Assembly (NCBI GenBank): GCA_951406725.2
Contig: OX597816.1
Coordinates: 92,566,001 to 92,630,000, forward strand
Direction of reading: 5' to 3'
Source: Octopus vulgaris
Taxonomy: Eukaryota
Length of the DNA: 64,000 nt
Position numbers and translations under genes: made by a program. The notes beneath the pieces were generated by a model, which did no database searches, was not told where the DNA came from, and saw nothing but the letters and a program-made list of their open reading frames with translations. The stretch's first letter is position 1. Each line of letters begins with the position of its first letter. Shown here piece by piece: positions 13,764-28,097 of the stretch.

Positions 13764-16119
13764 GTGTAGAGAAGGCTGATACCACCAGGTTTAGCTTAAA
13801 CAATTAGCTTAAATGATAAGCATGTGAGACCGTTTATTGTATACAAACCAAAGTTAGATAATAAAATACTATCCATGCCTATGAATGTTATGCTGATTCA
13901 AGAGGGAAAGATTTGGCAAATATTGCAGTCGAGAAATTTCAGAGATATGGCGATGCATATGTTAGCCTGGCTGCCAGAATATCATAAGCAATGAAAACCA
14001 AAGTTGATTTATTTATTTATATTTGATTGTAACAGTAGCAAGTCTGAAGCTATGAAGCTGATGTAGAAAACAAGTATAGGATATTTAATAGCAAGTTTGA
14101 TTAGAAATCGAAACATATAGCTATAGCTATTTTAGATGTGTGCCTTCTTTATACTCTTTTTGCAGTAAGTCAATATTGCAAAAGAGTTTAGCATTTGCGG
14201 AATGCGTTTACATCCTGACATAGCAATGGTTTATTTCTTTGCAAACTGTTATGGAATTATGAGCTTTTGTGTCTAAAAGGAAGGGTCGAATTAAGTCATG
14301 CGAATGTTATTATAAGCTTTTCGTATTTTTTAAAATTCTTTTGTAGCTTTATACATGAAACAGGATCTTGTTTAAGCTATTCAGTAAAAATAGTGATTCT
14401 CTGACTAACTGGACTGCTTGAAAGTAAGAAATGTTTAGCAAAAGGAAAAGAATAGAGAAAATAAGGATAATAAAATTTCAGCTGAATTTTTCTGAAGTTT
14501 ATAATATTCAGAAAGATTATTCATATAAATTCTACTTAGCTGTTATTGTTTCTGACTCTACTTCATATTTTAGTAATGTTTTTCTTTTTTCTATTTTCAT
14601 TTTTCTTTTTACTTAAATCGCTTCGTATCAGGTTTTCGATTTTTCCATAAAAACTTAATATGATATGACTACAGATAGAGTTGCATGATCAATGATCGAC
14701 TGTATTGATATTGACATAGGCTGCATATTGTGGTCATCTAAATCTCCTGTCCATTTTAAATCTCTGAACTCAACTCTGCAAAATAATCCAAAATATTATT
14801 TATATAAACCAGATGTTCTAAAGAAAGATTACATTTACATGCAAATTTTATTACAAAGTTTGAATATCAGTTCCAGGTATAGATATACTTTCAATCAATC
14901 TTCTACGAAAAATAATTGCACAAAAGTAAGCTTTCTATAAATCTAAAGCATCTATTACTAGAGATGTAATTTACAAGCTAGGCACCGTATAAAATCGTTA
15001 GAATTAAAATTTTATATTTGAAATATTATTTCTAATATTATTTCTTGCCAGTTACTACCAACGAGACTGAGTTCAACTGAATATTACTCCATTTAAATAG
15101 TCAATGAAAACAGAATAATCTGTTTGCATTGAATATTTCTGAATATAATTATCCTATCTTTGGCGGTAATATATTTTCTGAATGTATCTAAAACTGTTAA
15201 ACTTTCAAATATTTTATACCAATATTCTAATTTATTCGAACATATAATGAGAATTGTATTTTCCTCTTGGGAATTTTCTAATTTCAGTCAATGTATATTT
15301 AAAAATTAACCAGCTATTTATTTTCATTGCAATAATTTAAACATTAATGATTCGTGGGAATAAAACATTTCAGAGCAGTCATTCATATGTGTGTTTCTTT
15401 TGTTAATACCCAGGTCAGCTCCGATCGAGCAGGTTTATGATTAATGATATTACTGGCATTCCAAATGTAACCTCTCTGTCTTTTAGTAAATGTTCGATTA
15501 CATAGTCCGATGTATTATTCTTTTATTAAGCAACAGGTTTTGATATGAGGAAAATAACTCCCTTCTTTAGCGACTGGCAGAGTAGCTTGTGAAATCTTTG
15601 GAGAAAAGAAGTGGCAAAATGATTGACTGATTCCTGATTTAATTTTTTTTTTATCTGAGAGAACTTTGAAAACAAAGAATTTGTTTTGCCGCTATAATGG
15701 TTTGTTACTCCAGAGAAATTACTGACCAGTGGGAGTTGAACTGTATACACTAATAATTAAAACAACTATTCACTGTGTATCGCTTGTGTCAGTATACTGT
15801 TCCTCTTATAGAACTTATTGTTCACTAATTCACACATTGATATTGCTTACAGTTGAATCACATGTAGAGATGCATAGCTAATAATATTGTTTGGCATTGA
15901 CATTTCCTTGGGTTGAACCTACTGCGTTGGACCTTAGTCGGAATGCTTTTACAATAATTTCATGTTGGCCACATTTCGGAGAATTTTGTTCTGTATGTGT
16001 CTTTGCTTATTTGTTTGTTTGTGTGCATGTGTGTGTGAGTATGCATAGTCAAAGACATAAATACACACACACAAACACACACATACACGATTTGATGTGT
16101 ATAAAGAAAATAAGACAGG

Positions 16120-16983
16120 GTAGAAAATACTAAAATAATTTTATCATGAAGAACATTTTAGTAACCGGTTTCAGTTTTTGCGACTTCTTCAACTTAGATT
16201 AAAGCATGAAAAAAAATTATATTCAGGAAAAAATAAATGGAATGTTTCTTTCTAAATATTTCAATAGTTTTCAAATGCAAGGGACATTTTCCTTTTTTCT
16301 GTCTGTCCCTGTCTCGCTTTGTTACTCATGTGAGTTCTATGTAGTGGGCAGCAAGTGGTAGTAGTAGTAGTAGTAGTCCTAATATTTGATATGGATTCTT
16401 GATTCTAATTGTTTAAGCAGCAGTAGTAGCTGGGAAAGGAGGCGGCAGAGGCGAAGAAGAAAAAGAAGAAGAGAAAGAATAATAAAAATGCGCGAGGGAC
16501 GATGCAACCTGTTGTCAGCGCATTAGTGAAGCGTCATACTTTATCACAAAATATAAACCCCCTTCTAAATGTGTCCACCACAAACGACACTACTACAAGA
16601 GCTTTAGAATAATACCCACGCTAATATTAAAAACGACATATTCAGAACAGACCTATGAATTTATTCAGAACAATTCTAATCACTACTGCTACAACCACAA
16701 CGGGTCACCAACATGCTACTATTGTCATACCACACCCGCATTCTTCTTCTTCTTCTTCTTCTTCTTCTTCTTCTTCTTCTTCTCCGCACACTTTCTCAAT
16801 TACTACTGGTGCTTAAAAAATCAAAACAAGAATTCATATCAAATATTAGAACTACTACTACTACTTGTTGCCCACTACTCAGAACTCACATGAGTAAAAA
16901 AAGAGACTATGTTGAAAAAGTTGCAAAGGCTGAAACCGGTAGTAAAATGTTCTTCATGTTAAAATTATTTTAGCATGTTCTAC
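16120..16983. mobile_element. ~860-bp foldback element with outward-facing hammerhead-like remnants
   Basis: 16120-16193 pairs with 16911-16983, and ~16322-16515 pairs with ~16709-16897, including GTA/TAC and GAA/TTC repeats. Each end carries TTGAA(G/A)A-stem-GAAA-CCGG-T(A/T). Confidence 0.7.
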
Positions 16984-17007
16984 ATTGTTTTATTTTCCTT
17001 ATATACA

Positions 17008-17095
<88 letters not shown>

Positions 17096-17099
17096 TACA

Positions 17100-17945
17100 A
17101 ATGCATATATGGGTACAGGACGTCACCAAAAGAAAACAACATGAAATACGAAAACAAAAGAGTTCAATACGGAAACAACGAGAGAAACAAATAGAAAACA
17201 AGACAAGTAACACAGAGAAAGCCCCTCCATCAGTTGTCAGCTGTCTATGTACTCCACATTTCAAGTATTGAACGATATGAGTTTTCGAAGGCATAAGTAC
17301 CAAAATAAAATTTAGGATTTCTGGAGGGTCAAATTTGGGAACAAAAACAGGATAGTGGAGACATACAATGAAACCGAACGCAACAAACGTGGAGGGTGAT
17401 ATATATATATATATATATGGGCTTTCCCCACTTTCGCCCCCCACCTCCCCACAACATCACACTACACTACACTACAACATACGACACTACACTACACTAC
17501 ACCACACTACACCATACTACACTACACCATACGACATTACACATCACATCATACATACATACATACACACGTCCAGACCTTTCATACGCACATACATACT
17601 CTCTTATACACACACGCACCCTTATGTTGGGGCGAGGTCACTTGACCCTGTTATTTCCCCTACTATCCCCCTAGCGTCTAACGTCTGATCTCTGACTTCT
17701 GGCTGAAATCAGAACGCCATGTTGAATCGTTAGCTCCTGTACGCATTTTTTTCTCTCCTTGTTTCTTTTCTGTGTATCTTTCTGTTGAAGAGCGTAGACT
17801 CGAAACGTAAAAGACTTGTTTTATTTCTATTCCTGAGCGCCATACTAATACAATTGTTTGTTTGTACTCCACCTGCCTTCGTCTTTTGGTTACTTTCGTA
17901 AACCTGCCTTCGTCTTTTGTTTATTTTCGTAAACCTTCTCGTTAT
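17100..17945. mobile_element. Interspersed repeat(s), probably PLE-derived and non-autonomous, with a variant hammerhead
   Basis: Shares sequence with 26440-26700 (GAAGAGC.TAG.CTCGAAAC and CCTGAGCG). Flanked by (TA)n. Confidence 0.5.
17777..17814 (+). ncRNA. Variant minimal type I hammerhead motif
   Basis: tcttt-CTGTTGA-a-gag(cgtaga)ctc-GAAA-cg-TA-aaaga. Stem I is 5 bp and stem III is the palindrome ACGT, but the core deviates from CUGANGA. Confidence 0.45.
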
Positions 17946-17967
17946 ATATGTACATTGTGTATATATA

Positions 17968-18059
<92 letters not shown>

Positions 18060-18166
18060 CATTATATATATATGAACATTGTATATATATATGTACATTA
18101 TATATATATATACATTGTATATATATATGTACATTATATATATATACATAAATATATGTGTGTTTG

Positions 18167-18198
<32 letters not shown>

Positions 18199-18794
18199 CA
18201 GATATATACACATGTAATATATATATGCATACAAATATATGTACACTTATATGTATGGATAGATGTCTTCTTTGACTATATATACGTCAATGTACGCGCA
18301 CACCAAGCACACACAATATCACAATGCGATCTCCAAAGTGTCCGTCACAAAAGTATGTGCAAACTGCATTTCTCAATCAAAAATTATTATAGGAGGAACT
18401 AACTCGAAACCAAGAAGACGTGAATGCCAAGTAAATTTCTTAACCATGCAGTTTTAAATATGATTCCAGTGTCACCAATATCAATGTATGCATTAGTGAT
18501 AAATAACTTTTATGATGACGAACACCACAAGGATAGAGAAAAGAGGACACAGTAAAATTGCTTCATTCCCTTGTGTGCTAAGCTCAACTCCCCTTAGTGT
18601 GCAACCAATCTGGTGCAGAGAACCATCTTGACTACTATCAAATAAAATTTTGTGTAGGTTTTCAATGATTCCTCTGTCGGAAAAATATAATCACACACCC
18701 GTCACTTTTATTTGCATTTCTTATCTCTAAGGATTTTGCAATTTTACAAGGTTGACAGAGTTGCACAGCCAATCGCAAAGGACAGAATTATCTG

Positions 18795-18877
<83 letters not shown>

Positions 18878-18990
18878 GTCTGCCTGCCTGTCTGTCTGCC
18901 TCTCTGTCTGTCTATCTCTCCTCTCTCTCTATATATATGTAAATGTCCTAGAAATGTCACACTATTCTGGCCTTGGCATCTCATTTCATT

Positions 18991-19076
<86 letters not shown>

Positions 19077-19079
<3 letters not shown>

Positions 19080-20010
19080 GTCATCGCATAAGTTTACCCT
19101 TTTTAAAATTTAATAGCATTTTAGAATGTCTAAAGGAATAAAAAATTATTTTTATGCATTTGTGTACATTTAAACTAAATAAATATTCAAGAACGTGCGT
19201 TACATATCTGCATAAGCTTGGCTATTATGGGCAAGCAGCTAGAAGAAAACCTCTCCTTCAACCAATTAATATTATGAAAAGAAAGAAATGGGTTAAGGAG
19301 ATGTCAGAAAAATCCAGTTCATTTTGGGATAGAGTGATTTTCTCAGATGAATCCAGATTTGCATTATTTTCAGACAGTTGACGTGTTTGGGTCTGGAGGC
19401 TTCCGAATCCAGAATTTGATTTGAAACGACTCCAACCAAATGACTATCATGGCGGTATCTCTGTAATGGTATGGGGAGCTGTCACTAGCAATGGTCGTTC
19501 TGAACTGATCGAATGCCTTGGAACCATAAACTCTGAAAAATACATCGAAATACTTAAGCAGGGACTACTTCCGATGTAGTCACACGATAACATAACGAAA
19601 ATTGAGTTTTTTATTCATGGAAGATGGGGCTCCATGTCACACAGCGAAAAGGAATCAACAATGGTTGACTGAAATGGGATCAAAAAGCTTCCTTGGCCGA
19701 GCCAATCTCTTGACAGGAACCCAATTGAAAATATTTGGAGCATACTAGACAGAGCTATACGAAAAACTTGACAGAATCCTAAATTTAAAGATGTTTTATT
19801 TCGATTGTTGCATGAAAAGTAGGCAGAAATTCCACAAAGACAATCATAAAGCTCATTCAATGCCAAAAAGAGTTTCTGAATGAAAAACTGCAAAAGGAAT
19901 GTCAACTAAATACGTAAGTATGTAGTCCTACCCATCAATTACATTCCAATTGTTCGCTTTGCGTATTAAATATAAGATTTAAAAAATTAAGGGTGTCTAT
20001 TTACTTCCTG
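19077..20010 (+). mobile_element. Degenerate Tc1-family (DD34E) transposon
   Basis: Translation across stops and frameshifts gives GYYGQAARRKPLL, WDRVIFSDESRF, VMVWGA, FMEDGAPCH and WPSQSLDRNPIENIW. Confidence 0.9.
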
Positions 20011-20021
20011 CATGTCTGTGT

Positions 20022-20151
<130 letters not shown>

Positions 20152-20290
20152 TTATGTATGTATGTATAGGTTATATTATGTTAAGAACATAGTAGAGTAT
20201 ACTATAAAGTTCGTCCATCTTCAAATTTCACCCGGTGCTATCCAGCAGTAGATTTGAGTTGGAGCTTCTGTAGTGTGTGAATGAAAAATT

Positions 20291-20480
20291 GAATAAGTTG
20301 GAATCAACAAGGAGGAACATTTATTTGTAATTGCTACAATTGTTTGTACGCAAATAGTTCTCCATGTTCGCATGAAACGGTTACATAATCAAATACCTGA
20401 GAACCTGGAGACCTACGTTGAGTGGAAACGATTGTAGTGATTTCAAATAAATGTTCCATCTTGTTGAGTTCACCTTATTC
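20291..20480. repeat. ~190-bp foldback
   Basis: GAATAAGTTGGAATCAACAAGGAGGAACATTTATTTG... versus ...CAAATAAATGTTCCATCTTGTTGAGTTCACCTTATTC. Confidence 0.75.
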
Positions 20481-20496
20481 TATTTATATTTATAAG

Positions 20497-20560
<64 letters not shown>

Positions 20561-23240
20561 CGTTTGTGTCTATAAAGTAGTAGGCGTATATATGTTAATC
20601 TGTGTTTATATTTACCACTGTACCATTAGACGTTCTTATCTGTTTGAACCTAGATAAAATAGTAAATACTGGGGTAGAGATGATTGAATAAAACACACGA
20701 AGCTGGTACTAACGGCCGCAGCCCAATGGCAGAAACGAGTAGGATATATAGCGCTCCGTATTACAAAATGTCAATACTGAACATGATTGCAGAAACCTAG
20801 ATATCTAAATGTACTACTCAACAGATATTTATATGTTTCTGCTGTCTGCATGTAACTATGAAATGAAGCAAGTTTTTCTAACCTTTCTCAGCATTTTATA
20901 CTTACTTGTATGCAGAATAAACAGAATATGTATGCAGATAAACAGAATATGTACTTTATTATGCATGAATTTTTATGTAATATGTAAATGCTAGCCAGTT
21001 TATATGCGTATATATATATATATGTGTGTATTTCTCTCTATATGGGCGTTTGTGCAGACGTGTGTATGTGTAATTTTTTGCAGTCTTCTATGTGTGTGTT
21101 ACTGACAAATTTTTCAATTTCTCCAGCTAAGTAGTCATTGTCTTCATAAAAATCAATTCTTTCTGTCTATCTCTGCACCACAGCATATATTTCTCCCGCT
21201 TCTCACATCATTCCCCAAACCACAAATATCTTCTCTTCGGTCTCTATCCCTGCCTCCTCCTTCTCTACTTCTCTTCCTTCCTTTATTTATTTCTCTATCC
21301 CTTTCTCCCACTCTCTTGCTTGTCTTTTTTGTCTGTTTTCTCTGCTTTTCTATTTTTCTTACTTCCCCGACCCAAATTATTTATTGCCTACTCTACTTGA
21401 AAGATCTTAAACCAAACCGCTGTAATATTGCACCAGACCGTCTCCTCCCCTTCATACGACGAGGCTGGACTGTTTCCAACAGTTATATTGCTAAACGTAT
21501 AGTCTATGGGTTATATCTTCAAAATGAACGTTAGAACCTGAAGTAAAATACAAAAACAATGCTATGAGTTTATGCGGTTAAATATTCATTCATTTAATAG
21601 ATTATAGTAAATTCATGGACTGAGCGGGAAACTGTAGTAATGGAGTGAATTAACAGATTCGAAAGAACTGAAAAAATCAACTCTGTATTTAGCAATCTTT
21701 TATATGCATATCCAAACGTGTGTATGTGAATATGTTTGTGTGTGCGTGTATGTGTTAGTTTATACTGCATATAATGTATACATACACAAATATATCAGAG
21801 GGTGTATTTTGCAACGTGAGACGTGTAAAAGTGTGTATGGGTATATATATTATATACATATATATATGCGTATACATATATATAAGCTCGTGCATGTATG
21901 TGTGTATGCATTCATGCATCGACATGTCAGTGTGTATGTATATGTACAAGTGTAGGTATGTATGTATAAAACAAAAAGAGTGTCCCAAAAATATATATGG
22001 AGTTCTACTGCCAAAAACTCACTAAATATTTATTTTCGTAGTGCAATCTGTTATAAATAATGAAAGCAGATTAAGCTTTGAGAAAAGGAAATTTATTGAT
22101 AAACTGGTACTGCAAGTGCGGTGACGGAGCTTAAATGCAAAGGTCTTTTAGAAAGGGCTTTCGAACATATTCATGGGCACGATTAACTAGTGCTTGGATT
22201 AGAAATACATTTGTAGTAGAAGAAATTGTTCAAAGCGTGGACAAATTCCCTTATGGAAGACCGACGATGTACACATGCCTTCCTCTCTCCCAGAACAGAA
22301 AGGGGCAACTGGAAACTACCTCAGATCTTAATTTGAACTATTCTTTCTTGTTACAACACCATGACAGTACTACTTATTTGAGCTTATCAGTAAGAATCCG
22401 CCAAATCTTGCGTACGATAGGTGTTGGAAGAAGCACAGGAGTTTAATTATGAGCAAGATCAAGTACCTTCCTGACTACCATTTTATGAAATCAGTGTAAG
22501 CGATGGATTGTGTAAAAAAGAAACCTGTTTATTACACCTCATGCCAATGAATTTTTTTTATATGATCCAAATAATAGCTTTTTTTGTACAAAATCAGCAA
22601 GAATCAATCAAATGAATGCTGGTATTAAACGGATTGCCACGGAATACAGAATCAAACTATATTTGATGCTGGCATTTACTTTAACCTGCGTTGTCAACCA
22701 TGTTTTGATGAGAACTCTATCAGTTCGAAAACTTGCGATTATTCAAAACTCTTACACATTCGTCTTACTGAATTTGAATGATAAAATACATGCACAAATA
22801 TACACACATAATATAGATATGTATATTTATAAATGAGCATTTATATATTGCCTTTAGGCTTTGACAAATCTCCCTCAAATCAAACACATATTGCCGCTTA
22901 CCGTTATTTTTTATATAGATAATGTATGTTGCTGTTATTTTAAATGTAGGTGTTCTGGTCATTTTTAGAATGCCTCTGATCATAGGTCTTCTCCATCAGT
23001 TTAAAAGTTTTCAGTGTATTCATTAATTAGTTCCAGCTATTTAATACAAATTCCATGTGATATTTTCTTTACTTGAACGTTGAAGAGAAGCTTAACTAAC
23101 TTCTTTCTGATATGTATCAGCTTCTATGACGAAATTCATAATAGTAGCTAATCCTACATTAGAAATAATCTAATATTCCTTGTTTCTTTAGAATTTCTTC
23201 TTTATATATACAGCAGCATATATTTGTGTATAGTCAATGG

Positions 23241-23357
<117 letters not shown>

Positions 23358-23488
23358 ATCGCGTGTGTGTGTGTGTATATAGACTTACAGACGCATGAAT
23401 ATTTGTGGCTAAAGTATTTTTGGGAGGTATCTTATAAAAGCACACATACATACATACATACATACATACATGCATACATACATACATA

Positions 23489-24317
23489 CGAGGTCTGATC
23501 AATAAGTATCCGGACTGTTGTCATAGTAGCGAAGCTAAAACAGGCAGTATGCGCACTAAGTTTTAACATTCTAGCTCTCTTCCGCTGTTTACAGCAGTGC
23601 TTGGAGGAAATGTGTGTAGCCTGTGACCGTCGCATTGGTCATAACAGAAAGTTGTCATGGCCTACGCAAAATCGCCGAAAGTATATGGGAAGGAGTGCAT
23701 CAGTCACACACAAGTGTATTAGTGGTTCAGAAGTTCCCAAGATGGCCGAAATAATGCTGATATTGACGAACGTTCTGGAAGACTCGCAACCAGCAGGACT
23801 GAGAAATCATCGCAGTTGTGCATGCAGCTGTGAGGGGAAATCGTTGAATTATCATCCGTGAGTTATGAGAGGATGTGCAAATTAGTTACGGTTCAGTTCA
23901 GTCCATTATCACTAAATATTTTGGTATGAAACGCGTGTCTGCTAAGTTTGTGCCAAAACTGCTTTCAGCCGTCCAAAAAGACACTTGGGTTTCACTTGCA
24001 CAAGATCTTGATTGTGTCGAGAACGATAAAAAATTTTGAAAAACTTTGCGTAGGCTTCCGAGCAGGTATCGACAAGCTTTTGTCAAAATTTGATACGGTT
24101 TCCATGCTCATCTTTCTCTCTCACGGCCAATACGACGATCACACGCTACACAAGTTCTTCAAAGCACTGCTTTAAATGGGGGAAGTGAGCTAGAACGTTA
24201 AACCTTAGTGTAAATTCACAGCAGAGTTTAAAGTCAATCTGTGCCAAACGGCTTTAGTGTGTGTGCTTTAGCTTCATTACTATGGCAACAGTCCGGGTAC
24301 TCATTGATCAGACCACG
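23489..24317. mobile_element. Non-autonomous mariner derivative with TIRs
   Basis: TA|CGAGGTCTGATCAATAAGTATCCGGACTGTTG ... CAACAGTCCGGGTACTCATTGATCAGACCACG|TA. Internal GMKRVSAKFVPKLLS is a WVP-like mariner motif. Inserted in (TACA)n. Confidence 0.9.
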
Positions 24318-26169
24318 TACATACATACATACATACATACATACATACATACATACATACATACATACATACATACTTACATACATACACATTTGTCTTA
24401 TCCTCATCTAGTTTTGATGAGTTCATACTTAACTTTGAATCATCGAGCATAATTTAGAATTAATCCTATATGTAAAATAGTCATGTTATAACGAAATATC
24501 ACACCGCCATTGCGCTCATACATATAGCCCAATTCAATCGTCACAAATGGAACTATATGCATTTAGTTTCAATTATATGGTTGGTTGAATAAACGATTCA
24601 CTTGTTGGTTATCTTGAAAAGCTGTAGCTCTGTATTTTGATGGAAAACATGAATAGGAAAGCATATCTAGTCGACTACATATTCCGTATGAAAGGGAAAA
24701 GGTTGGAATTAACTTTCTGGGAGTTAAGATATTGTAGAAGTAGTTTTAGGAGGAGAGATATATGGGATGGGTGGGATTTAGTGCTTACTGGTTGTGTATT
24801 GAGATGAATATGGATGATTCAAAATAAACTAAAAGAAATAAGCTGTATGAGTATGAGCAGTTGTGTATGATATTTAAGTATTGGTTTATGATCCTAGTTG
24901 CCACACATTGTTTCCAACTTCTACATACACACAAGCACATATACACACACACAAACACACACACACACACACTCACACACTCACACACACACGCTTGGTG
25001 GTTTACATCTTGCAGATGAACATGACCATCACTGACAGATTAATTATCTTATCCGAGATGTTAAAATTTAAAAGCAATGATTTTCAGCAATATCTGCGTT
25101 GAAATATACTTAGCAATGATGAACCACAGCTCGCACCAAAACGCCAAGACTGTCACCTGCAAAACCAATTATTCCAGAAGCGGGCAAAAGCAGGATCTTC
25201 AGTTTCACAATGTGGTTGGTGATATTTCGGAATTTCATTCCCCTAAGGAGACCAGAAGTTTGACACTCCAACTGTTGGAATGACCATTGACTCTTTAGAG
25301 TTCTTCCTTCCTGTAACAGATATTACTTGTCGTCCGAAAGCATATCCATCGAAAACCATCCTCCTTAACAAGCAAACAGGCTTGTTAAGGTTGCCGGTTT
25401 AGTCGCCAACGGCCCAATTTTGTGACAAGGTGTACTGGGTTATATGTTACCAGTGGTAGTAGAAACAAGAGTGAACTGACGTATGTCATTTTGTACTGCG
25501 TTGGGTATTGAACGTTGGGTGTACTGTTTCACTCACTAAGTTGTTGCCTTGGAGGTCGACTGCATTGTCATTTCCTAGGATTTCATTATTGCTAAGTATA
25601 TTTGATATATAAGCAATTTCTGAAGCATGTTTTTGTGAGACTAACTGGTGCTAATTTATGTTAGGCACTGCTATATCGGCCGCAGACGACAAACAAAACA
25701 AAGCGTGTAAAATCGATGCGACTTGAGACCAATCCTTTTGTTTGATATCTTGACAGAAATATAGAAGTGAAAGCATGCAAAACAAATGAATCTAAGAAAT
25801 TAACTAGAATAGCTATTTTGTTAAAGTGAATGGACATGGAATATATATTTTCCTGACATTAAATACCACACATATCGAACGGAAATTTAGTAATAATTTT
25901 ATTTATGATATCAATAAATCTATTGATATCTTTAATATAATTACTGAGGCGGTTTTATATATCCAGCTATTGAAAAATGTAAAGGATCTATTTGAAGAGT
26001 AAATAATGCTTTAGTTAGAACCAAGCATAATTGTTAAAGGTTAGTACAGCAATCGATTGAAATGACTCCAATATTTTGCTGGCAATTAGTTTATAGATCA
26101 CAGTGATATAAAAAATGAATATCAACCAACATGTTTTTAACTCTGAGACAAAAGTAAACCCATTCAAGC

Positions 26170-26220
<51 letters not shown>

Positions 26221-27049
26221 GTCTTTCTTTCATTCTTTCTTTCTTTCACACACACAAATGTATATATATGTACATTCATTGAACTTTCCACTATTTGCTT
26301 CACTAAAAAGCCGATTAGCTTTGATTACGATAATATATTATCAAGTGGGGGGAGTGGTAGACACAAACATACATCCATCTATCCATACATACATACATTC
26401 GTACGTACACACACACGCGCGCGCGCGCAGATACACACACACACTTATATTTCATTATGTTGAACATTGATTCCAACACACTTTTCTGCCTCCGTTTTTT
26501 CCTTTCAATACTTTCTTTCGAAGAGCATAGGCTCGAAACTAATACACCTGCTTGTTGTTCCCTCATCTGTCTTCGTCTTTTATTTTCTGTAAATTTGAAC
26601 TATATATATATATATATATAATTCAAACATGAACAAGCAAGAAAAAACAACAACATGAGGACGTGGAATAAGTACAGCATTATTGGACGCTCAGGAAAGG
26701 AAAGCACGAGCTTCCATCGAGTTTTCGTCTACTAAATACACCCATAAATCATTCGGTGGCCCGGAGAGTGAATCGGAAACCGAATGGTTGCGAATTGAAC
26801 TTCTTAATCACACGCGAGTTGATTCAAGGAATTTATATCGCTTTCAGTTTTCTTTATTTTCCCTGTAATTTCTTACTCTTCAAGGTTACCTGGTTTGATT
26901 AGAATTTTATGTGAAGTATGATAACTTGCAGGTTTTTAAAATACCTGTTCTCAGTTTTCCTGAATTATAATTCACCAAACTTTATCTCATTTCTTCTACC
27001 GTGGTTTCCACATCATTTCATTCATTTCTTTTATCAGTATAGTTTTTCG

Positions 27050-27190
<141 letters not shown>

Positions 27191-27735
27191 GAGTGAGAGA
27201 GCAGTGCATGCCATCAAAGTGACACTGGGGTAAAATATACGAAGCCCAGTATACCCATCATGACTACCCGTCTGATAAGAATACCCTAGGCACATGCATC
27301 ACAGCCATATGTGCGTGACATGGTGATCTCATATCAAGATAAACAGCACATGACCTTGCAGGTGGGGTCCGGTTAGAATTTTCTTCTGGTCGAATAACCC
27401 ATCCCACTCAAAAAGGTTCCTGAATAAGGGTTGCTTAAGGATGTTGAACGAAACACCCATGTTTCCAGAGGTGAATTATTCAAACCCCAAATAATCCCTT
27501 TGAACACATGGCTATGATAATACCCTGCTAATTCTGCTCGTGATAAGAGGTGCACATATCGTCAATCACTAAGGGACATGCTCAACTGGTTAAGGTCAAA
27601 CAACTAACAAGCAAATCTGTGGTATTGAGCCGAATATTTGCTGTAGCCCATCTTTATATCAAGACAAAACAATGTACATGATAACACTTCCAATCAGAAG
27701 CCATGAGAGCCACAGCCTGGTACTGCATCAGGGCA
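27191..27735. mobile_element. Unclassified ~545-bp insert bounded by (TTA)n, possibly a non-autonomous partner or UTR of a Dong/R4 element
   Basis: Sharply delimited GC-richer island with TTA tracts on both sides, no long ORF, adjacent to the Dong-like LINE. Confidence 0.5.
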
Positions 27736-27815
<80 letters not shown>

Positions 27816-27958
27816 GATAGGGGATTGGAACGCTATTTCGGGAAGATTTGAACCTGTAGCTGATTTTTCGTTTCCTCATTTGTGTACGTAGCTTTTGGTG
27901 TTCCGGTCGATGACTAATCCGATTTGTATCTTGCTTTGTTATCATTGAGGCTTTGTTA

Positions 27959-28029
<71 letters not shown>

Positions 28030-28035
28030 GTTATT

Positions 28036-28068
<33 letters not shown>

Positions 28069-28097
28069 ATTATTATTATTATCATCATTATTATTAT

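Noticed and set aside
21390-21510. Possible PLE GIY-YIG end (LKDLKPNRCN) followed by a hammerhead relic
   Set aside because: Too degenerate: the CUGANGA box is absent and the peptide match is very short.
22135-22490. Minus-strand translation faintly resembling a CR1 RT segment or an exon
   Set aside because: Multiple stops and only marginal motif similarity. It cannot be supported without a search.
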